Below, one piece after another: positions 28,977-35,876 of a stretch of 49,949 nucleotides of DNA. The stretch spans positions 12,304-62,252 of the forward strand of contig JAHFMZ010000002.1 in the NCBI GenBank assembly GCA_023267555.1, written 5' to 3'. Position numbers and translations under genes: made by a program. The first letter of the stretch is position 1. Every line of letters begins with the position of its first letter. Source of the DNA: a bacterium. Its GTDB lineage: Bacteria > Patescibacteriota > Minisyncoccia > Phycocordibacterales > UBA5272. A model generated the notes under the pieces. That model was not told where the DNA came from, made no database searches, and saw nothing but the letters and a program-made list of their open reading frames with translations.

Positions 28977-29375
28977 CTAGCCTGGGATCGGAACACCTGG
29001 GATTGGAACTGAACCACCTTGGTTGATACCAACAAGTGATCCCATAAATCCAACAAGACCCCAAATAGAAACCATCACAAAAAGTGCGAGTATCGCATAC
29101 CCCATACCCTTTAATGAGGCTGATTTTTCGTCAGGATTTTCACTACCCTTCCAAATAAACTTAATGAGGAACCAGAAAAAGGCCAACACCGCCAATCCAA
29201 CAGCAAATGGTACAAGACGAGTTACGATTGTCTGTGCAAGTGCTAAAAGTTGTAGAAGAGCACCACCATTTACCTGCCCTTGATTTGCTCCGACACCAAT
29301 GTTGATACTAATTTGTGCGGACGCAAGCATAATATTGCCAGCTACGACTGAAACGAGGGTTAAAGCTTTTTTCAT
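28977..29375 (-). CDS. Pilin-like small secreted membrane protein
   Basis: 132 aa. Signal peptide ends LASAQ. Helix-loop-helix with loop KGSENPDEKSASLKG. C-terminal tail VPIPGVPIPG. Confidence 0.6.
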   Translation of the reverse strand: MKKALTLVSVVAGNIMLASAQISINIGVGANQGQVNGGALLQLLALAQTIVTRLVPFAVGLAVLAFFWFLIKFIWKGSENPDEKSASLKGMGYAILALFVMVSIWGLVGFMGSLVGINQGGSVPIPGVPIPG

Positions 29376-29479
29376 ATGTTTATTATTTTGTATAATTTAA
29401 GTATATCCCCAATCCAAGGCTTTGCAAGTAACCCTATCAACAGATTAAAATAATTGAAATATATAAAAATCTAACAAAG

Positions 29480-29537
29480 AAAAAGAGGCCACCCACCGCG
29501 TTATCGCGATGAGACGATACGCGAGAGGAGACCTCTC
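29480..29537 (-). terminator. Compound hairpin region ending in a T-run (minus strand)
   Basis: On the minus strand: GAGAGG-TCT-CCTCTC, CGCG-rich hairpins, then GGCCTCTTTTTC. Follows the GC-rich operon. Confidence 0.4.
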
Positions 29538-29585
29538 TGTCATTTAACGTATGACTACGGATTTGAGTGGTTTTCTCCACAAAAG

Positions 29586-29915
29586 TTAAGGCTTGCCAAT
29601 CTTCTTTTTTGCTTCATCGATTATCAATTTAGCGATAACTGCCACCCAAATAATGATGACAGCATAAAGCGCTAAAGTAATAACGATGCGACCAATTCCA
29701 CCCATTACTGCACGAATACCAGAGGTGAAATTTGCCAAAGCATTTCCTGCCTGTTGCATTGAATTCGAAATCCCGCCCAACTGAGACCCGAACGAATCAA
29801 GGACAAGCTGGATCAAAGCTCCACCGACGATGACTATTGCAACAATGGCAACACCGACGCCAATGACAATTCCAAGCCCTGTCCAAGCTTTTGCTATAGG
29901 ACTTTTTTCAGCCAT
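29586..29915 (-). CDS. Small multi-helix membrane protein, hypothetical
   Basis: 109 aa from ATG 29915 (MAEKSPIAKAW...). GGAGG lies 6 nt upstream, inside the end of the preceding gene. Confidence 0.55.
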   Translation of the reverse strand: MAEKSPIAKAWTGLGIVIGVGVAIVAIVIVGGALIQLVLDSFGSQLGGISNSMQQAGNALANFTSGIRAVMGGIGRIVITLALYAVIIIWVAVIAKLIIDEAKKKIGKP

Positions 29916-29917
29916 AA

Positions 29918-30802
29918 TCAACCTCCAATCTTGAGATAACCACCAGCACCGATAATCACCCTAAACTTTGTTCTAAGATGACTGTTGACTAAGTCCATAC
30001 AAACACCTGACGGGTTGTTGTTGGGCTCTATTCGTCCACACTTCTCAAAAAGGTGGTCGTCGTAAGGAACATCGAAAGCAATCAGATAATTTTCCCCCCG
30101 CAGAGAAGTGACTGGATAATCAAACTTTGACCAAGCACAGCCTGGAATAAAATTAAGAACTTTTCCTGGAGACGTTTCTTGAGGCTTGTCCGAAAATAGT
30201 GCAAAATTTTGCATCATAACAGAAATGTCGGCACAATCAAACATATATGCACGCACAATTTCTGGTTCTTGTACTGCTGTATGTTGTATCGTGGTCGGTG
30301 AAGGCTTCACGCTGCGAAGAATTTCTGCCTCCTTGGCTTTCGCTTTGGCATCAGCAACAATCTTTTCATTTTGAGCAGTGTCCAACCATTCACCTGTATA
30401 CACCATAACTCCATTGGCCACTATAATTACAATAGCCAAAAGTGTCACGTGAACGGCGATCTTGGTCATAGTTCCTTGTCTTTTCCACCAACCATCAAAC
30501 CCACCACCAGTAGTATTTCCTCCACCACCAGAACCACCGCCCCTACGTTCTTCACTTTCAGGTTCTTGGTCCGAAGTAGTATCAGGACTAGTAGCAACAG
30601 GTTCACTTGGCTTATCGGAAACAGCCGGCGTTGTATCGGCAGGTTTTGCAGGTGGTGTTCCTTTCCCCGGCCTCTTCGTGTTACTCGGGTCCCCTCCTCC
30701 AGTTCGATCAAAGAAATGTCTGGCATACCTAACATTCCCGTTATCTATAAATTCGTGTTCAGGATTATCGGATTTTGCAACTTTATTTTCATCAGTAGAC
30801 AT
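29918..30802 (-). CDS. Single-pass membrane protein with a disordered P/T/S/G-rich N-terminus and a Cys-containing C-terminal domain
   Basis: 294 aa. GGAGG lies 9 nt upstream of the ATG. One TM helix (IAVHVTLLAIVIIVANGVMVY). The region is visibly GC-richer than its flanks. Confidence 0.6.
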   Translation of the reverse strand: MSTDENKVAKSDNPEHEFIDNGNVRYARHFFDRTGGGDPSNTKRPGKGTPPAKPADTTPAVSDKPSEPVATSPDTTSDQEPESEERRGGGSGGGGNTTGGGFDGWWKRQGTMTKIAVHVTLLAIVIIVANGVMVYTGEWLDTAQNEKIVADAKAKAKEAEILRSVKPSPTTIQHTAVQEPEIVRAYMFDCADISVMMQNFALFSDKPQETSPGKVLNFIPGCAWSKFDYPVTSLRGENYLIAFDVPYDDHLFEKCGRIEPNNNPSGVCMDLVNSHLRTKFRVIIGAGGYLKIGG

Positions 30803-30933
30803 AATGTCTTACCTCCAAAAAAGTTAGTCAAAAAAGACTCGTTTATATAAAACAACTACTAATAAAACACTACCCTAGTTTTATCTATTTGTCAAAAGTC
30901 TGTATATCTATAAAATAAATTTCCATCAAATAA

Positions 30934-31932
30934 CTACGGAGTATTTGCGTAACAAACTCCACCACTACAAGTCCCTCCATCAACGACACCACCAATATCA
31001 CAACCAATTCCCTCTGTTGCTATTCCAGAACATTGAAAGTTAGTATTTGCAGAATTTCCAGCAGCCGTACAAGTATTGTCAGCAGGATCACAGAAACTAG
31101 ATTCACACTGTGAATTGGAAGTACAAGAATAGCCGTTTGGTTTTAGTGCACCATTTCCTGCAGTGGTACAAGTATTGTCTACAGGATCGCAGAAACTAGA
31201 TGAACATTGTGAATTTGAAGTACACGAGTAACCATTAGGTTTTAAAGCACCGTTTCCCGCAGCAGTACAAGTATTATCTACAGAATCACAAAAACTAGAT
31301 TCACACTGTGAATTGGAAGTACAAGAATAGCCGTTTGGTTTTAACGCACCACTTCCGACGGCTGTACAAGTATTATCTACAGGGTCGCAGAAACTAGTCG
31401 CACATTGCGAGTTTGTTGTACAAGAATAGCCATTGGGTCTTCCACTTGTTGAAGTGTTTGTATTGTTATTTTGTAAGCCAGAATAATTTGTATTTAATCC
31501 CCCTGGTAAACCGTTACCAATCAAGACATTCCCCGCTCCTGGCTGAATATTAATTGAAGGAATAACGATTGTATTTTGACCTTGTATACCAAATATATTT
31601 TGAGCATATTGAACGATACCCCAAACTGAGAACATCACAAAAAGTGCTATGAGACCCCAGACCATAAATTTTTGTCCCTTTTCAATATTTGCTGCAACCC
31701 CTTCTCGTATACCCCAGATGTATTGAACAATTCCGTAAAAAAATGCTGCCATCGCGGCTGTTGCAAAAAGTGTAGCGAGAGATTTTACTATTGAATTTGT
31801 GAATGTATTCACAATACCACCAACCGTATTAATACCTTGCGTTACGTTACTGGCTGATTGAGCTGAAACTAATAATGGAACAGCAATAAGGCTAGTAATA
31901 ATAAGTGTCCGTAACGTAAAAAGTTTTTTCAT
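30934..31932 (-). CDS. Pilin-like module fused to four Cys-rich 33-aa repeats
   Basis: 332 aa. Signal peptide ends LVSAQ. Helix-loop-helix with loop GIREGVAANIEKGQK. An N/G/T-rich linker is followed by 4 x (KPNGYSCTSNSQCESSFCDPVDNTCTAAGNGAL). Confidence 0.7.
   Translation of the reverse strand: MKKLFTLRTLIITSLIAVPLLVSAQSASNVTQGINTVGGIVNTFTNSIVKSLATLFATAAMAAFFYGIVQYIWGIREGVAANIEKGQKFMVWGLIALFVMFSVWGIVQYAQNIFGIQGQNTIVIPSINIQPGAGNVLIGNGLPGGLNTNYSGLQNNNTNTSTSGRPNGYSCTTNSQCATSFCDPVDNTCTAVGSGALKPNGYSCTSNSQCESSFCDSVDNTCTAAGNGALKPNGYSCTSNSQCSSSFCDPVDNTCTTAGNGALKPNGYSCTSNSQCESSFCDPADNTCTAAGNSANTNFQCSGIATEGIGCDIGGVVDGGTCSGGVCYANTP
31054..31440 (-). repeat. Four in-frame 99-bp tandem repeats
   Basis: Period is 99 bp. 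31094..31145 and 31292..31343 are identical over 52 nt. Confidence 0.9.
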
Positions 31933-32011
31933 ATATTAAAGTATGATAATAGTGTATCTCAAATCATTATCAAATACTATGTAACAATCCCCTTGCTGTA
32001 TAACAAAATTC

Positions 32012-33190
32012 TTATCTTGTTATAGTTCTATCAAGAATACATATAGAATTAACGTCACAAGTGCCCAAGCTTTGACCTAATTGACACCTAGTCCCAGAAG
32101 ATAATCCGGAACAAGAGGCTGGTAACACTCTTTGATTTTTATCCAAAAAACACACCGAGGAGACATCACAAGTGCCCATATCGGATCCAAGTTTACATCT
32201 AGTTCCGACAGGCAATTGATAACACGATGATGGATACACTCTTTGATTAGCATCTAAAAAGCAAATAGAAGAGGCGTCACAATGTCCGGGTCTGGTACCT
32301 AATTGACAGACAGTGCCAACAGGTTTTCCCGCACAAGGAGAAGAAAGATCACAGACACTAGGAATACCAGAACTACATACACCGGAATTACCGTCAACCT
32401 GACACACGTCCCCTGCTGCTCTACCACTGCAAGGATTTGTCATAGAAGGATTAGGGTTAAGTGCTTGTGTATTTGTATTTGCAGTTGTATTTATATTAGG
32501 TAGTACTTGATTTACTGTCCCTTTAAGAGCAAGTAATAAACCTTGTAACGTAAATATAACTATTGTAGATATTACTGCCCACAAAAGCCATTGATGAGCC
32601 TTCTTAAGAGCTTCTGGATTTCCTTGAGCTATAACATATGCAAAACCCGACCATACCCACATCGCAATAATCGCTGGATATACAACAAAACTCATAACAA
32701 GTCTCACTACTACGAGAAGAAAATCATACAAGCTAGTAACTCCAAGTGGATTTGGTAAATACTGACCTTGAGCATACGCGTGAGTGACAAACGCATCTGA
32801 AATCAATTTTAAAAATGTAGAATTGACACCCAAGAATTGAAGCATCACTAACAAAAATCCACCAAGCACTGCAAGAATAACCAAAAAACCGATAAGCCCC
32901 TGGCCTATTTGTTTGGTAGCAGTTTTATATGCTCCAGCATTTCCTTCTATCAAAGCTTTTTGGGCAAGAAGTAAACGAATAATAATAACTACCGGCAAAA
33001 TAACTATTCCTATTTCTGTAATTAAAGTAAGAAATCTAGTGATAACTGTTTTTGCATCATTAAAAGTACATTTGGTCGCTATGGAATTCCCACATATCTC
33101 TGCAATAGATGTCTGTGCATAAACTATATGCAACGACGCTAGAATAGAAAAAGAAGCTAGAATTAATGTGAGTATATGTTGTTTTTTCAT
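32012..33190 (-). CDS. Tandem double pilin-like module fused to a second type of Cys-rich repeat
   Basis: 392 aa from ATG 33190 (MKKQHILTL...). Two helix-loop-helix modules follow IVYAQ and HAYAQ respectively. The C-terminus has about 3 x 37-aa repeats (C..PVGT.C.LG...G.CD.SS.CFLD.NQRV.P.S). Confidence 0.7.
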   Translation of the reverse strand: MKKQHILTLILASFSILASLHIVYAQTSIAEICGNSIATKCTFNDAKTVITRFLTLITEIGIVILPVVIIIRLLLAQKALIEGNAGAYKTATKQIGQGLIGFLVILAVLGGFLLVMLQFLGVNSTFLKLISDAFVTHAYAQGQYLPNPLGVTSLYDFLLVVVRLVMSFVVYPAIIAMWVWSGFAYVIAQGNPEALKKAHQWLLWAVISTIVIFTLQGLLLALKGTVNQVLPNINTTANTNTQALNPNPSMTNPCSGRAAGDVCQVDGNSGVCSSGIPSVCDLSSPCAGKPVGTVCQLGTRPGHCDASSICFLDANQRVYPSSCYQLPVGTRCKLGSDMGTCDVSSVCFLDKNQRVLPASCSGLSSGTRCQLGQSLGTCDVNSICILDRTITR

Positions 33191-33251
33191 AGTCAGTATT
33201 ATGTTGAATCTGTATTTACTATAAGCTCTCACCTATAAACTCTAAACTGTC

Positions 33252-34556
33252 TTAAGGATGAGTATACAGGTCTTGAAGACGAGATACAAAGATACTGGAA
33301 GCATCAGACACACTGGCGCGATTATTGAGTACATCTGAAATCATAGCGCTCGTATAAGCATCAGAATCCTCAGGATAACTATCATACCAGCCTTTAGCCA
33401 CCAACATACTGCGTGAAATAATATCATTTAATCCAGAAGTTGTGCTGTAAGTACGGAGCGCAGGCACAGCTCCGATAATCGCAGATATTGATGGAGAAAC
33501 TCCCGCCCCCGAAAACTGTGCTTCGACATTTAATGCAGCTGTAGGATTTTTGGAAGATTTTAAAGTTGCAATTCCATACATACGCGCACCCGTTGAAAAT
33601 GTATTATATCCTTTGGCCTGTGGTAAATATGTCATTTCAAAATCTCCTCTTGGATTACGTGCCTTAAGTGTATTTAATTCACCAGAGTATCCAATATACA
33701 TCGCAAGTTTTTCTGCAACAAATATATCGTCAGCGTTTCCAGAAAATTGATTCCAAGAATAAGTTATCTTTGTAGGATCTGCAAATTGTGTAAAAAAACG
33801 TAACGCCGAAGAAAGCGGCAAAACATCGTTGGTATTTGTTGGAGAAATATTAGCCAAAACACCGATTGCTGATGACCCATCTTGATTATATTGTTTAAGA
33901 ACTGGAGTTTGACCGAGCTCAGAAACAATAGCCATAAGAATGTCTTTTGCATATGGTGTATTTGGTGCACCAAGAGCAATACCCGATTCAACAAATTGAC
34001 CTTTAGTATTTAAAATAGTAAGTCTTGGTACAATACTCATCACATCATCCCAAGTTGTAGGAGGACCAACAATACCTTGTTTTGAAAAAAGTGTACGATT
34101 ATAAAAAAGTACCATAGGTTCTATTGATACAGGAAGCGCTATGGCACCCAAAGGAGTAGAGAATAACGAAGCACCATCAACATATGCATCTTTGAAAGAT
34201 TTTTCAGAAAGTGAAGCTATCGGGAATGGATAAAGTCTAGCTTCTTGTGACAAAATAATCTGTTGTGGTGCCATAATCATATCTGGCCCTGTTCCACTTG
34301 CCAAAGCTTCTACCAATGTCTTTGCAAACACGTCTTCACGAACTTGTTTGTAAGTTACGCGATAAGTTTTGGCCTGAGGATTAAAAGCCTGCACTATTTT
34401 ATTCATATCAACATCAGGAAGAGTCCCCCAAAGAATTACTTCACCTTGAGGAGAATTCGCAGTGTTGTTACTTCCAATAGGAAGTTTCCCCGAAAAAATA
34501 AGAATAGAAAACAACGCTGCAAAAGCACCAGCGCCAAGTAATATATTACGCAACAT
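33252..34556 (-). CDS. Extracellular solute-binding protein, family 1 (sugar-type ABC SBP), membrane anchored
   Basis: 434 aa with an N-terminal anchor. SBP_bac_1-like composition. No permease or ATPase is adjacent. Confidence 0.7.
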   Translation of the reverse strand: MLRNILLGAGAFAALFSILIFSGKLPIGSNNTANSPQGEVILWGTLPDVDMNKIVQAFNPQAKTYRVTYKQVREDVFAKTLVEALASGTGPDMIMAPQQIILSQEARLYPFPIASLSEKSFKDAYVDGASLFSTPLGAIALPVSIEPMVLFYNRTLFSKQGIVGPPTTWDDVMSIVPRLTILNTKGQFVESGIALGAPNTPYAKDILMAIVSELGQTPVLKQYNQDGSSAIGVLANISPTNTNDVLPLSSALRFFTQFADPTKITYSWNQFSGNADDIFVAEKLAMYIGYSGELNTLKARNPRGDFEMTYLPQAKGYNTFSTGARMYGIATLKSSKNPTAALNVEAQFSGAGVSPSISAIIGAVPALRTYSTTSGLNDIISRSMLVAKGWYDSYPEDSDAYTSAMISDVLNNRASVSDASSIFVSRLQDLYTHP

Positions 34557-34562
34557 AATAAT

Positions 34563-34595
34563 AGTATATAGTCACTAGTTAGTAGTTACTAGTGG
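34563..34595 (-). promoter_or_regulatory. Shared 33-nt promoter layout (copy upstream of the solute-binding protein)
   Basis: Minus strand: CCACTAGTAACTACTAACTAGTGACTATATACT. The ATG is 6 nt downstream. Contains the inverted repeat CACTAGT-N9-ACTAGTG. Confidence 0.6.
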
Positions 34596-34619
34596 ACAAA
34601 GCAATAAAATCATTAAAAA

Positions 34620-35141
34620 CTACGAACTGATCGCCAAAAATGCATAATGATAGTCTCCTGCTGGAAGTCTTTTTAAAATTCTAAAACCATTCCTCTTGAC
34701 CAACTCTTCCGCTTTAGATTCATTAACGACATCATTTGGTTTTGGACCAACACCTCCGTGAGAATTACTCCAATCAACAACGAGAAGCTGCCCTTCGGGT
34801 TTAATGATTTTGGAAATATGAGAAAGTGCCTCATCAATATTTTCTAATTGAAATAAAACATTTGAAATAACGACCGCATCCAAGCTATAGGAATCTATAG
34901 GAATACTCTTTTCAATATCTGCCCAAATTATTTCTACGTTAAGTAAACTTTGTTTTTCAAGTGAAGAAGCAAGTGAATGCAAAACTTCACGATGCACATC
35001 AACAGCATAAACTTGACCCGAATCACCCACTTCACGAGCAAGAGCGACAGTATACGCACCAGTGCCACAACCAATATCCGCCACGCGGTCGCCCGCTTTT
35101 AAATTTAATTCTTTTACAAGATGATCTGGAGTTAGGAACAT
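34620..35141 (-). CDS. Class I SAM-dependent methyltransferase
   Basis: 173 aa. Motif I VADIGCGTGAYT. Confidence 0.85.
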   Translation of the reverse strand: MFLTPDHLVKELNLKAGDRVADIGCGTGAYTVALAREVGDSGQVYAVDVHREVLHSLASSLEKQSLLNVEIIWADIEKSIPIDSYSLDAVVISNVLFQLENIDEALSHISKIIKPEGQLLVVDWSNSHGGVGPKPNDVVNESKAEELVKRNGFRILKRLPAGDYHYAFLAISS

Positions 35142-35148
35142 AGTTTAT

Positions 35149-35181
35149 AGTTTATAGGTTTTAGGTTTTAGTTGCTAGTGG
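35149..35181 (-). promoter_or_regulatory. Shared 33-nt promoter layout (copy upstream of the methyltransferase)
   Basis: Minus strand: CCACTAGCAACTAAAACCTAAAACCTATAAACT. The ATG is 7 nt downstream. Confidence 0.55.
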
Positions 35182-35188
35182 ACAGAAA

Positions 35189-35866
35189 TTACTTCTTTTC
35201 ACCTTCAATAATAACAAAAAGAGTTCTCCCTTCTCGGAACATGCCTATTTTAAAAACTTTAGATACTTCCAATCCAAACTTTTCTAACGACTTTATCACT
35301 TCGTCATTAGTATGCATATAAAAAGTATTAACCGACATATTATTAATAGGAACTTCAACCTCACCTAAAATCTTTTTCCCATCTATCGACGGATTGATAT
35401 AAAACTTTTTCCACAAGTCTAGAACATCACTATCGGCAGTATGAATGAAAAACTTACCTCCTTGTTTTAATACTCTAGATAACTCTCTACTTGCTTTATC
35501 TAAATCTTCCAAATGAAACCAAACATTAATCGAGAACACATTATCACAGCTATTGTTTAAAACTGGCAAATTATATGCATCTCCCATTAAAAATTCTCGT
35601 GTTGATGAAGCATATAATTCTTTTGCTCTATCTGTCAGAAAAGTTGACGGTTCAACACCAATATATTTTGAATATCCTTCAATTTTTGAACAACAAACAC
35701 CCTGTCCAGAGCCAATATCTAAAACGGTACCTTTAGGAGTGGAGTTAAACCAACTAGCGAGATTTGGATATGATTCATTATCTCTAATCATTCCTTTTTC
35801 TCCCTCAACACATTTTATCCATAGCTCTGCAATTTCTTTTGTTTCGAAAGGGTTGTCTTCTTTCAT
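35189..35866 (-). CDS. Class I SAM-dependent methyltransferase
   Basis: Motif I VLDIGSGQGVCC. Start set at ATG 35866 (MKEDNPFE), which avoids overlap with gyrA. Confidence 0.8.
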   Translation of the reverse strand: MKEDNPFETKEIAELWIKCVEGEKGMIRDNESYPNLASWFNSTPKGTVLDIGSGQGVCCSKIEGYSKYIGVEPSTFLTDRAKELYASSTREFLMGDAYNLPVLNNSCDNVFSINVWFHLEDLDKASRELSRVLKQGGKFFIHTADSDVLDLWKKFYINPSIDGKKILGEVEVPINNMSVNTFYMHTNDEVIKSLEKFGLEVSKVFKIGMFREGRTLFVIIEGEKK

Positions 35867-35876
35867 TAAAATAAAA

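Noticed and set aside
29376-29585. The 210-bp spacer with CGCG-rich hairpins considered as another copy of the palindromic element family or as a small RNA gene.
   Set aside because: It lacks the conserved 5' box, the A/T stems and the GTAC-N5-6-GTAC apex. It ends in a T-run on the minus strand directly after the GC-rich operon, so a compound terminator is the simpler reading.
31054-31440. A regular 99-bp repeat array considered as a possible CRISPR or satellite.
   Set aside because: The repeats are contiguous with no spacers, in frame, and encode a coherent Cys-rich peptide module inside a long ORF with a signal peptide.
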